DNA of 63,868 nucleotides, the filler included, from Basidiobolus ranarum (Eukaryota), in assembly GCA_040143965.1 (NCBI GenBank). It is 27 parts of 27 records of this genome, joined end to end, with 100 filler letters (N's around TTAATTAATTAA, not from the genome) between each part and the next. Parts side by side here need not be neighbours in the genome. Positions count along the whole stretch, not along the records: positions 1 to 2,277 come from JASJQH010003537.1; positions 2,378 to 4,653 come from JASJQH010003538.1; positions 4,754 to 7,029 come from JASJQH010003539.1; positions 7,130 to 9,404 come from JASJQH010003540.1; positions 9,505 to 11,779 come from JASJQH010003541.1; 22 more parts are not named here. The stretch is one strand, 5' to 3'. Of the stretch, positions 1-11,879 are shown one piece after another. The translations under genes were made by a program, and so were the position numbers. Below the pieces are notes generated by a model. That model made no database searches. It was not told where the DNA came from and saw only the letters and a program-made list of their open reading frames with translations. Numbering within the stretch: the stretch's first letter is position 1; the number at the start of each line of letters is the position of its first letter.

Positions 1-853
1 GTATATTAACCTGCCAACAAAGGGCTCTTTTCAATGTGCTCACGGGTTTTTGCATTGTTTGAGCACAATTACAGCCACAAAGCCCAATCCATGGACACAG
101 AGTAAGTACCTCTATAATTGGACTAACTTGCTTGTGTGATAGTTGGATGGTATTTTTACGAAAGCTGTAAGACAGACTTCTTGGTGATATAGTTCCAGAT
201 ATGCAGTATTGTTGCTTTAGCCATGGGGTAATCTATTCAAGCAATGACACATCTACTTATTGCAGGACATTTGTTGACTGTGAGTTGGGGATATATTGGC
301 TGAATTCATTATGGAGATTTGCCAAAATCTAAGAGCTTATTCTCATTGTGAAAGGTAACAAGAGTCAGCTTTTGCCAGTGTTGGTGCTATTCAAAATTTC
401 AGATGCTTAGCAATTTTTCCACCATAGGTTTGCTGGTAAAGTATGTTGCTGTTGTTGAGTTATGTCTAATCAGTCCAGTATGTGCATATGTAGAGACTAA
501 ACACAACAAGATTCTTTTATTTTTTGATTCTCATTATGGCTGGAATACAAAGCCTAAAATTACTAAATAATGGCATGCATATTAATTCAAACTCCTACAG
601 CAGTAAACCCGGTAATTTGCCATTCAAAAATTATAATTTGCAAAAATGCCAGAAATTGAAAATACATTCCAAATATGTGGATCAATATTTTAACTTGTAT
701 GAATATTGTTGTAATACAATCAAGAAACCAACATCACACCATCAAAATCCCTGGCAGAATGCAAGCCACTGATATTGTAATGGTTCTCTGATGGTTTTGC
801 AATTTAGAATGGTGGATCTAATCTGGATCAAATTGATTTCATTTTTGTTTGGG
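1..853 (+). mobile_element. CMC/EnSpm (CACTA-type) transposon: decayed 3' part of the transposase region and one terminus
   Basis: Similar to 58185-58520 (same strand) and 38610-39230 (reverse); ends in ...gatttcatttttgtttggg, a variant of the reverse-complemented CCCTAACAAAAAT terminus. Confidence 0.8.
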
Positions 854-920
854 AGACCAAGAACCTCTCTATTCCTCCAAACCTCTTCCAACAGGCTCCC
901 ACATACTTTAACAACTTGCT

Positions 921-1900
921 TGTTGATGTCACTAATCTCATCTCTAAGGCAGTAATGTGATTGCTCTACTTATCTAACAGGCTCCCAACCTAGGTGATTG
1001 CTATGGTATCTCTATTTAGAGTTGCTTACCAATGAGAGCCAATCTACCTTAGCTTACATTCAGTATATGAGATAATGCAAGAATACATCTCAATATATCT
1101 GGATCAAAATTAATATTGCTTGTTGATGTAGTCTCTGAACTATATTTTCACTCTCATATAGTTGCATCAGTACTTTCCAACTATCTTAGTTGTACTGGGC
1201 TGACTATTTATGATAAAAGTACTAATGGAATTTGGAAGTGTTTTAGACAAGGTTTGGATGTTTAATTTGACAATTTAGTTTTATTGACTGGAATTGGTCC
1301 TATTTATAGTTTACTATGAAGTAGGACTGTTGGATGTGCTTAGGTAACAAACATGCCTGTAAAGCCTGGGTGAAAATTGATAGAGATTTACAGAACTTTT
1401 GAGAAAATAGTGAAAAATGGTAAAAATGATCCAATTGCTATTTGTATGAATTAGAGCAATAAACATGTGTTTTTGAATGGCAAAATTGGGTGGCAAACAA
1501 TCAGAATATGAAAAAACTAATTGTTGAATTATAAGTTGCTGTTTACCTAACTTCAACATTCTGACTGAACTATTTATTATGCATTGTTCTTAAACCTGAT
1601 TTTTATCTTAATAATTCAAATTGTGCTTTAGCTAGGTGGTTGGTCAAGAGGTCAGCAATCATTTTTTCAGTTGGGAAATAGACAGGTTCAATTAGGCCAG
1701 TCTCTATTGCTGTTCTAACAAAATGTTGCCTAATAACTATATGTTTTCTTCTATCATGAAATGTAAGATTTTTAGCTAATGAAATGCAACTTTGATTATA
1801 TTGAAATACCATACTAGCTCATTCTTCCATTTACCCTAAGTTTGTAAATAACTTCCTTAATCACATAGATTCTTGTGTAGTAGCAGATGCTTTCATAAAC
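921..1900 (-). mobile_element. Ty1/copia remnant: RNase H C-terminus plus probable 3' LTR (about 921-1558)
   Basis: NQSCISLAKN..FHDRRKHIVIRQHFVR..MIADLLT; the following LTR-like segment is bounded by TGTTG...CAACA on the minus strand. Confidence 0.8.
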
Positions 1901-1904
1901 TTTG

Positions 1905-2277
1905 CTTCCAAATTCTGTAAAGTTATTCCCCAAACCTTGGGTATCTCTGCCAATCTCTCCACTGCCTTCCATCCCTAATCCAATGGCCAAACAGACAGAG
2001 TTAATCGAGTTTTGGACCAATACTTGCAATGCACTATCAACTATAACCAAGATAATTGGACACTACTCTTCCCCTTGCTGAATTTGCTTAGAACAACTCT
2101 TATCACACCTTAGCAAAACAATCTCCTTCTGTCACAGTAAGGAACTGGACAAGGACGGGAAACAATGACAAGAGGCTAGAAGGCAGGAGAATACTTGGGT
2201 GTAGACCACAAGACAAGACAAGACTGGACAAGCAAGATACTTTGGCAAGAATCTTTATTGATAACTGGTGTTGATCA
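1905..2277. mobile_element. Ty3/gypsy integrase fragment (+, 1905-2129) interrupted by a gypsy LTR end (-, 2130-2277)
   Basis: Translates as LSTAFHP*SNGQTDRVNRVLDQYL..LPLAEFA*NNS; 2130-2277 matches the LTR copies at 27000-27150 and 28688-28840. Confidence 0.85.
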
Positions 2278-2377
2278 NNNNNNNNNNNNNNNNNNNNNNN
2301 NNNNNNNNNNNNNNNNNNNNNTTAATTAATTAANNNNNNNNNNNNNNNNNNNNNNNNNNNNNNNNNNNNNNNNNNNN
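2278..2377. other. Artificial contig spacer N44-TTAATTAATTAA-N44 (first of 26; recurs about every 2.37 kb up to 61508-61607)
   Basis: Identical 100-nt linker with stops in all six frames; the flanking contigs decrease in length along the window. Confidence 0.99.
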
Positions 2378-4653
2378 CTTCAGTCTGTGGCTTGCTACAG
2401 ATTACTGCATATGCACAGACATCATTATTGAAAGTGTTGCACCAGTTCCCTGGCTTATTGCTACTTCTGGAAGAACTTCCAGGTCCTGAATCATCCGCTG
2501 ATGTAATTGGGGAAAGAAATTCAGTTGAATAGGGCTCAGAAACAGCTGGAGTTTTGCCAGACACTTCCTGAATAGTGCTGATTGTGTTTTCTGGATCATG
2601 AACTGGGATTTGAGGTGAAAAATATGCTCTTTCATCAACAATCACATCTCTGCACTTGATTAACTTTGGATTATTGGTATCAAAAGTTTGCAGGCCTTAG
2701 ATCCATCATAGTAGCCTAGAAATATGCATTTACTGCTCTTAGATTCTAATTTAGAGCGTTGTTGAGCTGAAATTTGGCAATATTCTATGCAACCAAAGAT
2801 CCTGAAATGATTCACACTTGATTTTGATCCAAATACAGCTTCAAATGGAGTAGAATTTTGTAGCAATCTTGTTGTGCATGTGTTTGTGAAATATACAACA
2901 GTAAAGACAGATTCAGCCCAATGTTGGTAATCTAACTTTTGATAATGTACCATTGCTCTTGTCATCTCCACTATGGTCCTCCCATTGATCAATTACATTT
3001 TTAGAAAAGAAACTAGCTATGTCTTTAGAGCAGTGTTCTCCACCATTATCACTCCATAATGCCCTTTTTTTTGTGCTACGTCTTTCTCTACTACTGCTTT
3101 CTAGTGCTTGAACATAGTCAAGGCTTCAGATTCTGATATGAGAGGAATACCCAATATACCATGTTTTGTCTCCCATAATGGTCATAAAATACCGTTTGCA
3201 ACCTAGTGAGACATTCTTCATGGGGCCACATCAATCAGAATGAATTAGGGCAAAATTCTGAGTGTATTTGATGCCTCCACGGCTTTAAAACAGCTGTCTG
3301 TGATGTTTTCCATATGTGCAGCCTTCACCAAGATCTAATTTGATGATATTTTCAATATCTGAGCCTGAAACAAGCTGATTTTGGATCAGTTGGGTTGATT
3401 TTTGTTTCTCAATGTGGCCAAATTTTCTATGCCACATTTGATGACATTTTGTATTGGTATTGGCCATGTTTGCATGCTCAGAATGCAATTTATTGCTTTC
3501 TAGCTTGTATAAGTTTTGAGTATTGATCTTAGCAGCTAATTTGGTATTATTCTGATCTGTGATAGTATATCCAGCCTTGTTGAACATGATACTTAGACCT
3601 TAGTTGTTAATTGTTTTATGGCAAGTAGATTCTTGGCTATATTTGGTACATAGAGCACATCTTTATATTTTTCAGATGGTGTATCAGAATTTCAGTCTAA
3701 ATTGAGTACCCTTACAAGCTGCATCCAGTGCATAGTCTGTGTCTAAGTAGATTTTGCTTCTTTGGATGGTTTTTAAGCTGGAAAACCAATCTTTCTTGTT
3801 TGACATATGCTGGGAGGCTCCTAAATCAATGAACCACATTTCTGAGGATTCTATAGCTGTTACTGATAGGCTGGACACCAAAAGCTTGTCCCTATCAATG
3901 CTTACTTGATTTGGTTGTTCTGATTATAGCTTTGTGGCAAAAATCCTTTGTCTGCAATCTTTGATTAAATGACCTGGTTACATGCAATACTTGCAAATCC
4001 CAAAGGCCTTTTTCTTCTCTCTAATTTGCATCTTGAACTTCCAAAGGTGAAAGTCTTGAACATCAAAATGAATGTTGTTGAAGTGCTGCTTACTGAGTCC
4101 TATATTATTTTTAAGTTTATCACTGAGGAGAAGAGACTGTTGGAAGGTGGGACTGAATTCAAGAAGGAGAGTGTGATATATATAAATGAACTCTTGGTTG
4201 GAGCAAAGAATTGCGACAGTAAGGCCAAACTTTATGCTACTATTGTAACAAACCTGGGCTGTTTGCCCAGAACTGCTACAAAAAAAGTTGATATTGTTAT
4301 AAATCTTAAGTAGGTAAGAATCATAGAGGGTTGAATAAGCTAGTATTGTAGTCACTAAAACTTGACTGAGGTTTGTTGTGGGATGTATTTGTATATTTAT
4401 ATCCAAACTGATAGATGAGATCAGTAATGACTCATCTGCTAGTTACTAATCTAAATGCTATATCACATTCTAGCTACATCTTAATGGGGTGGCATAGTTG
4501 TGGGCCAAGACATCCTGGGGTAGTACACCAATCAGCTAATACTATTGGAAGTAGATATACAGCAGCATGTTACTTAGTAGTAGGTTTATTCATATTCTGA
4601 TTATTTGGTTCACAATTCTGATATTTGAAAGTATGTGTTTATTGCTCTGATTG
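2378..4653 (-). mobile_element. Decayed Ty1/copia element (LTR, internally deleted gag, protease, integrase)
   Basis: FHLWKFKMQ joined directly to zinc knuckle CKYC..GH...C; protease WFIDLGASQHM; WHRKFGH; integrase TIVEMTRAM..WAESV..TPFEA..FRIFGC; many stops and frameshifts. Confidence 0.9.
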
Positions 4654-4753
4654 NNNNNNNNNNNNNNNNNNNNNNNNNNNNNNNNNNNNNNNNNNNNTTA
4701 ATTAATTAANNNNNNNNNNNNNNNNNNNNNNNNNNNNNNNNNNNNNNNNNNNN

Positions 4754-5008
4754 ATGATCAACTCAGTTCCGCCAGGTGTACCAATATCACTTTCATCTTC
4801 AGCAGTCACCTCAGGCTCACTATCAGGCAGTACAGGCCCCACTCCTGGTGTTGGATCCAGTGCTGGTCTTTTGCCCACAGTGGGTACCGGGGTAACCAAC
4901 AATCCAGCACCAACCATTATTCCCAGTCAAGCAAGTAATATGCCAATAGGAGCTAGTTTACTGACCTCGTTAATATTGGCCATGATTACTCACCAGCTTT
5001 ATCTCTGA
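4754..5008 (+). CDS. Ser/Pro/Thr-rich GPI-anchored cell-surface protein, copy 1 (5' end cut by contig edge)
   Basis: Near-identical to 6062-6280; hydrophobic C-terminal tail after SQASN. Confidence 0.8.
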   Translation: MINSVPPGVPISLSSSAVTSGSLSGSTGPTPGVGSSAGLLPTVGTGVTNNPAPTIIPSQASNMPIGASLLTSLILAMITHQLYL

Positions 5009-5758
5009 ACATCCAGTAGCTGAGTATTTTGAAATTTTATGCATCTTCTATGGCAATGAAATAGCTTGTCTTGAAGCACTCGATCATCTTTAGCATCAAC
5101 CTTATAAGACCCTGCTCGTCAATATATGTGGCTACTATTACTAGCATTTGCTGATTTATCAAACGTAAATAAATCTTTCATTTATCTTAAATGGTTTGGT
5201 TATGCCTACAAGAAAACGAAGTTAAAGGGTGATCGATAGAATACCAGTAGAAATTATTCAATCTAACAGGGCTATGTCTTAAAGAGAGGGCGACTGTATT
5301 CGATGTGTGCACGAAGTATACATACGTATGTGTATTTAACAATATTTTTTATTGGAATTTTTGCCACAGTAATTAAGTTATTACATGACGTACAATCTCA
5401 GTTGATTCATTTTAATAGAAAAGATGGGATATGAACTTTACAGTATAGCTGGGGAGTTTAAGGTATCCACCTCATGAATAATGTGAATGAAGACATACAT
5501 CAAACACGCATACTGGTTAACGAAGTGTATCCAAACTACAACAAAGACTCTTTTTACTAAATTGCCATATTTGAATTTATTGCTTTCGCTAGCAACATGT
5601 GTGAAATTCTTTCAGCCCAATCGGCATATCTATTCAAGTAGACTCAGCCTAATCTGCCCATTATTTGTGCACCTAAATCTCATATATAAATAGCTCTAGA
5701 GAGAGTACTTTGACCAAGCATCAATTCATACAGCCTCATCTAGCATACAAACTAAACA

Positions 5759-6316
5759 ATGCATTACAGAACATCAGTACTCGCCATAATGGTAGCCATC
5801 TCTCTAGCTATGACATTGACTCTCGCCCAGACATTCGATGATCCCACTTCTGATGAATTGCCAATCTCAAGCGTGACTAAAGGATCGCCTCGCTCAGTTA
5901 CAAGCGAAGTGAGGGAGCCATCTCCATCCTCTGGTAAACCGAAATCTCCTGTGAATGCGAGCAGAAGTCAACCAGCAGGAGGATCAAGCATTGCTACTGG
6001 AGTACCAGGTTCAAGAGGCACTGACTCAAGAGCCTCGACCCATGCTGATGTCAGTGCCACCATGATCAACTCAGTTCCGCCAGGTGTACCAATATCACTT
6101 TCATCTTCAGCAGTCACCTCAGGCTCACTATCAGGCAGTACAGGCCCCACTCCTGGTGTTGGATCCAGTGCTAGTGCTGGTCTTTTGCCCTCAGTGGGTA
6201 CCGGTGTGACCAACAATCCAGCACCAACCATTATTCCCAGTCAAGCAAGTAATATGCAAATTGGAGCTAGTTTACTGATCTCTCTGATGTTGACTATAAG
6301 TGCTTGTCAACTTTGA
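5759..6316 (+). CDS. Secreted Ser/Pro/Thr-rich putative GPI-anchored protein, 185 aa (copy 2, complete, intronless)
   Basis: Signal peptide MHYRTSVLAIMVAISLAMTLTLA; low-complexity core; GPI-like tail SQASNMQIGASLLISLMLTISACQL; TATATAAA about 70 nt upstream. Confidence 0.88.
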   Translation: MHYRTSVLAIMVAISLAMTLTLAQTFDDPTSDELPISSVTKGSPRSVTSEVREPSPSSGKPKSPVNASRSQPAGGSSIATGVPGSRGTDSRASTHADVSATMINSVPPGVPISLSSSAVTSGSLSGSTGPTPGVGSSASAGLLPSVGTGVTNNPAPTIIPSQASNMQIGASLLISLMLTISACQL

Positions 6317-6952
6317 TATTCTAAACTACTAGAAATTACGTTTTCAATCACTCTTGCATTTATTTATTCCAAATGTATAGGAGCTCCAGTCCCTACTACC
6401 TTCATTCCAATTTCAAATAAACCCTTGCCGAGTATGGCTAAATCATATTTATTTCAAGTGAAATACGATTCACTAAATTTTTATCACCAATTCGATGTGT
6501 GCATGAAGTATACATACGTATGTGCATTTAACAATATTTTTTATTGGAATTTTTGCCACAGTAATTAAGTTATTACATGACGTACAATCTCAGTTGATTC
6601 ATTTTAACAGAAAAGATGAGATGTGAACTTTATAGTATAACCAGGGAGTTTAGGGAACTCACTTCATTGACTAGTATGCGTGTTTGCTATGAGCGATTAA
6701 TCACATTATTTATGAAGTGTGTATTCAAACTACAACAAACATTGTTTTTATTAAATTGCCATATTTGAATTTAGTGCCTCAGCCAGCAACACATACGAAA
6801 TCCTTTCAGCCCAATCGTCATATCTATTCAAGTAGGCTCAGCCTAATCTGCCCATTATTTGTGCACCTAAACCCCACATATAAATAACTTCAGAGACAAT
6901 ACCTTGACCAAGCATCAATTCACGCAGTCTTATCTAGCATACAAACTAAACA

Positions 6953-7029
6953 ATGCATTACAGAACATCGGTACTCACCATAATGCTAGCTATCTCTCTA
7001 GCTATGGCATTGACTCTCGCCCAGACATT
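6953..7029 (+). CDS. Same GPI protein family, copy 3 (N-terminus only, contig edge)
   Basis: MHYRTSVLTIMLAISLAMALTLAQT; its upstream region 6491-6952 duplicates 5299-5758. Confidence 0.8.
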
Positions 7030-7129
7030 NNNNNNNNNNNNNNNNNNNNNNNNNNNNNNNNNNNNNNNNNNNNTTAATTAATTAANNNNNNNNNNNNNNN
7101 NNNNNNNNNNNNNNNNNNNNNNNNNNNNN

Positions 7130-8456
7130 AGCAAAGTTTAATTCCATCAGAACCGTACTAGCAGTAGCAGCAAAACACAGCTTAAAAATCCATCAAATGG
7201 ATGTTAAAACTGCTTTTTTGAATGGGGACTTGGAAGAGGATATATTCATGGATCAGCCAGATGGTTTTGTGGATCCTGAGCACCCTGAGGACGTGTGTAA
7301 GCTACAGAAATCACTCTATGGACTTAAACAATCACCCAGGGCCTGGTACACTAAGATAGACACATACTTGGAATCACTTGATTTCCAAAAGAGTACGGCG
7401 GATTTTGGGATCTACTTTAAGACAGATAAGGACAGTAAGGTGATACTTGCCTTATATGTAGATGATCTGATTATAGCTACCAATAATGATGAAGCTCTCA
7501 GGAACACCAAAAGAGATCTATCAGTCCAATTCAAGATGACCGATTTAGGCGAACTTACGTATTTTTTAGGTCTGCAGATCCATACAGATATATTGAGCAA
7601 ATCTATCACTCTGAATCAATCTAAATACATCTCAGACATTCTCAGACGTTACAGGATGGAGAATTGCAAGCCAGTAGCAACTCCCATGGATCCAGGTGTG
7701 AAATTAGTCAAAAATCCCATCAAAAATGATGAAAATCGGCCAAATATGGCTCAAAATATGTCATTTGAAAGCCCTGAGTTCCCTTATCAATCTATGGTAG
7801 GTAGTTTGATCTATGCTATGACTGGAACCCGGCCAGATATCTCTTTTGCAGTGGGAGTAGTCAGCCAACATGTGCAAAATCCAGGATCTGAACATTATGC
7901 AGCAGTTAAGCGGATTTTCAGATACTTGAAGGGGACAATTGATCTGGGATTAAGATACACATATTCTTATGCTAATAAGGATCTAATTGGGTTTAGTGAT
8001 GCAGATTGGGGACGTGATATTGAGGACAGAAGATCAATAACTGGATATACCTTTCTCTATAGTGAAGCAGCAATATCTTGGAATAGCAAGAAACAACCAA
8101 CCGTAGCACTTTCAACAACTGAAGCAGAGTACATGGCAGCTTCACACACAACAAAGGAGGCTATGTGGCTAAGGAAACTCTTTAAAGACTTGGGCATTTC
8201 TCAAAGTTCACCCACCATAATTTTTAAGGATAATCAAAGTTGCATTTCTTTAGCTAAAAATCCGAAATTTCATGCTAGGAGTAAGCACATTGACATTCAA
8301 CATCACTTTGTTAGGGAAGCTATTGAGAATAAGCACGTCCAACTGGAGTACTGTCCAACTGAGGACATGATTGCTGACATCCTTACCAAACCATTACCAA
8401 AACCAAAATTTGAAGAATTAAGATTTAAGTTAGGATTAAGATATATGAATATTTAG
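7130..8456 (+). mobile_element. Ty1/copia family A reverse transcriptase and RNase H, uninterrupted reading frame (partial element)
   Basis: HQMDVKTAFLNG, LQKSLYGLKQSPRAW, LYVDD, FSDADW, VALSTTEAEY, HIDIQHHFVRE, ADILTKPL; polypurine tract TTGAGTGGGAG immediately before the LTR. Confidence 0.97.
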
Positions 8457-8467
8457 TTGAGTGGGAG

Positions 8468-8843
8468 TGTTGAAGTTTATTGTCTTTATCATATTTGTTA
8501 TCTCTATCTTTATACACGTAACTACTTCATATATCACATTTAAGTTTGTCAAGATTACTTAGTCAAATATCACTTAGCTGAAAATTGAACATATATTATA
8601 TATATATGTGAATACTGTGAGAATTAGGAATTCCATATTGGAAATTTGAAACTTGTCCAAATTGCCCCAAAGATAGCTCATTTTACTCCCGCAGATGCTC
8701 TGAACACAACCCAGTGTTAGTTTTCTGTATTTTCATCCAAATGTATGAATGCTTTATATCTGGACAATAAGCAATTATCTCACAAAGCTATTGACAACTC
8801 CACTTTTCTAAGATTCCTCCAAACAGCCCATATTTTCCCAATA
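8468..8843 (+). repeat. Copia family A 3' LTR (376 bp, TGTTG...CAATA)
   Basis: Follows the PPT; matches copies at 15292-15670, 37227-37602, 40124-40231, 52814-53199 and 53876-54253. Confidence 0.92.
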
Positions 8844-8959
8844 AAAAGTACCAATTGCATGCTATGATTGGCTAATAAATATGGACAAGTGAAAAATTGA
8901 TAATAAATAGAAGTAATAGTGTAGTAATAATATGTATAAAACTCACAGCTCTCCAATCT

Positions 8960-9404
8960 CAACTGGTACTTTTAAAAATCTTGAAATTAGCCTCAAACCT
9001 GAAGGCAAGTGAATAGCCACCCAAACACCATAAAGCTCACTGAGTATTGTCACATTACATGGATGTCAAGAGTTAGTAAAGGTGCATCAAGAGTTATTTC
9101 AAGAGTATGAAGGGAAAAATGTATTGAAAGTTTATGGGAAGTGATTTTAAAAGAAGAATTTACATCTTGGCATTTGGTCTTGTGTCAACAATGCAGATAT
9201 CTGGGAAGAACTAAATATAGGGTGCCAGAATATTGCAAGGAATCCCCTAAATAGCTGGAAGCATGTTGATTCAGTATTGTTAATACTGTTAAAGTATTTG
9301 GGAGCCTGTTAGAAGTGGTTCGGAGAATTAGAGGAATTAGTGGTTTTCACTTATTGATTTATTGAGTAGAAAGTTGACAGTTATAGTTTTGTCAAGATAT
9401 AAAT
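8960..9404. mobile_element. CMC transposon ORF2 fragment (+, to about 9287) interrupted by a copia family C LTR end (-, about 9287-9404)
   Basis: 8960-9287 aligns by eye with 52770-52813 plus 53205-53485; the rest is the reverse complement of 35740-35853. Confidence 0.75.
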
Positions 9405-9504
9405 NNNNNNNNNNNNNNNNNNNNNNNNNNNNNNNNNNNNNNNNNNNNTTAATTAATTAANNNNNNNNNNNNNNNNNNNNNNNNNNNNNNNNNNNNNNNN
9501 NNNN

Positions 9505-10290
9505 GTTCTCTGAGATTTTAGCCAATCATTCGCAACTATTTTGCGAGATCTTGAAATTTCACTCCTGAAACTGAAAAAATTGATTAAAATCAAATCTAAC
9601 TTGACGATTTTATGATGGTAAGTAAACGGTCAATCCCAAATGGATTAAAATTGTGACGGTTTTCCTACGATAACAATCCTCAAATTTCTGTTAGGGCATT
9701 GGGAACTTGCAGAATGTATAGCAAGGGCCTATAATCTCTAAGCATTGTGAAAGATGCAGCAGGCAATATATTGAATAACTTCATAGATACAGTCAAGCTT
9801 CTTAAAACCTATGATAAAGATTTTCATATCCAATTACAAAATCTTTGCACAGTTGCTGTATCTGCCTGAGACATGCCAATATGAGTTGATGCCATAAGAA
9901 TATAATAACAATATCCACAAACAACTCCCAATGTTGTCAATAATTAGCAGGCATATATTTTTTCAAGATTCTACATGAATATATACAAATCCAATACTTC
10001 CAGTCTTTGTTTTTGAATAAACACCTAGATGAGTGAATATTGCTGGGAGTCCTGGTAAAATATGATGATATTGTGACATTTTCAAGCATCTTTCCAATCA
10101 ATACAAACTTTGATCCTATCTCAAATGGCTCATTCATATTGATTTTCCACTATACAGCCAAGTAAGTAGGATTGGAATGTTGTTGAATAGTAAGTACATA
10201 GTGCCTAATGGGAAGCTCTGGCTCCTGCTGATCCCCTTTAGCAATATAATCTTAGGCTTATGGCTAATCTCAAGTTTTATGTTAGACTGG
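9505..10290. mobile_element. CMC transposon terminus (ends ...ttctgttaggg at 9696) inserted into a minus-strand transposase fragment of the same family
   Basis: Terminus shared with 29697, 53869 and 61739; 9697-10290 encodes FPLGTMYLLFNNI..KDWKYWICIY..LHLSQCL. Confidence 0.88.
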
Positions 10291-10599
10291 CCATTTGGTG
10301 AAATATTTATTCACTCATGTAAGCTTCTAATTGGGTAAGAATATCTATGGCTTGAGCCATATTTAGCCAATATGGCTGCACAAGCTTTTAATTTACAGAT
10401 ATTTTTCATATAATTGTAGTGAAACTGCTTGTAATAATAAGACATCATTGATTTTTTTTATATATTACAATTTTATGCTATCAGTTTCTCATAAACACAT
10501 AAGCAATCATGATCCAACTGAAGTGATTTATGTTTTATTTAACTGCAATCCATTTTGATTATGCATGATGTGCTCAGCAGTAAAGATAGAATAATATAA

Positions 10600-11779
10600 G
10601 TATTAACAATAGTTTTCAGCCATTGCCCAGGTTTGAAGCAGTACATGCTGTCTCATTTGTGTTATTTTTGTTGTCTCCTTGATATATCCCAGGAGGAACT
10701 TTGCTTGAACCTTTGCACTGTGTTGGTTAGTTTGATCCTGCTGAAATTCCTCTATCTTGGCCAGCATGAGTTGTGGTTTGAGGTAGGTTTGCAGTGGTAT
10801 ATGTTGGCTTTTCTGGTCTAGCTTGCAGTCCATGTGTATCTACAGTCTCTTCTTCAGATGTGTAGCTTTCACTCAGTGGGTCAGCCAGCTATTGCTGCTG
10901 GTGTGCAGCTCTACATGTTGACCCAGAATGTCTCACTTGAGGTCTGTGCTTGACAGCTATTGATTGTTGAACCACCGTAAAAGCTTCACCTTTTTCAACT
11001 GGCCATGGCCACTGTTGCATGGCAGTATGTGTTGGAGCAAGTTGTATACCATGTGGTTTGTGTTTGGCAGTTGTTGCTTCTTCAACCACAGTAGAAGCTT
11101 CATCTTGTTTGACTGGCTATGGCCATGGTTGCATGGCAGTATATGTTGGAGCAAGTTGTCTACCTCAAGGTTTGTGTTTGGCAGTTCTTGCCTCTTCAAC
11201 TACGGTAGAAGCTTCATCTCTATTGACTGGCCATGATCTCTGTGGCATTGAACAATGCGGTGGAATATATCATCTACCTTGAGGTTTGTGTTCAATTGTT
11301 GAGGCTTCTTCAAGCTCAGTAAGAGCTTCCCTATCTCTCTCAAACACCTGTTATCTTGGTCTTGTGGAGGTGTGTGTTGTAACAGATTGCAGTCTTAGTA
11401 GTTTGCCCTCAGGTGTCAGATCTTCATCCAACAAAGTAGAAGGCTCGAAAATTCTTGCATTTGGCCTTTATTGCTGTTACACAGTAGTACACATTAAGCC
11501 AGTATGCCTGTCTGGTGGCATGCCCCTTAGAGCTGACTCTTCTGCAGATGTAAAAAGCTCACTGATAGGTTTGGTTGAATCAGGTAAATTGCACACAATA
11601 ATATGTGATGATCCCAGCTGTCCTCTTGCTAGTACTTTATTAACTGCTTACTTGTCATCAAAAGCAGGTGAAACATCACAGACTCTTCCAAGCTGGCATT
11701 GCTGTTGATGTGTACTACTAGCTGATGAACCAATCATTGGGCTCTTACCCTTATTGGAGGTGTTACCACAATTCCAGTG
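10600..11779 (-). pseudogene. Decayed low-complexity ORF with about three tandem 114-bp (38-aa) repeats, probably transposon cargo or accessory ORF
   Basis: AAGCTTCA recurs at 10981, 11095 and 11209; minus frame repeats DEASTVVEEAxTAKHKPxGxQLAPTxTAMQ; in-frame stops; CpG-poor. Confidence 0.55.
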
Positions 11780-11879
11780 NNNNNNNNNNNNNNNNNNNNN
11801 NNNNNNNNNNNNNNNNNNNNNNNTTAATTAATTAANNNNNNNNNNNNNNNNNNNNNNNNNNNNNNNNNNNNNNNNNNNN

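Noticed and set aside
2322-2333. Regularly spaced TTAATTAATTAA palindromes as a biological repeat array
   Set aside because: Artificial six-frame-stop linker flanked by N runs; ORFs ending in XXX-LIN or XXX-N are linker artefacts
9691-9696. TTAGGG/CCCTAA at transposon ends and at 50050 as telomeres or telomere targeting
   Set aside because: Only one or two hexamers; at the CMC ends it is simply part of the TIR and is followed by non-telomeric DNA
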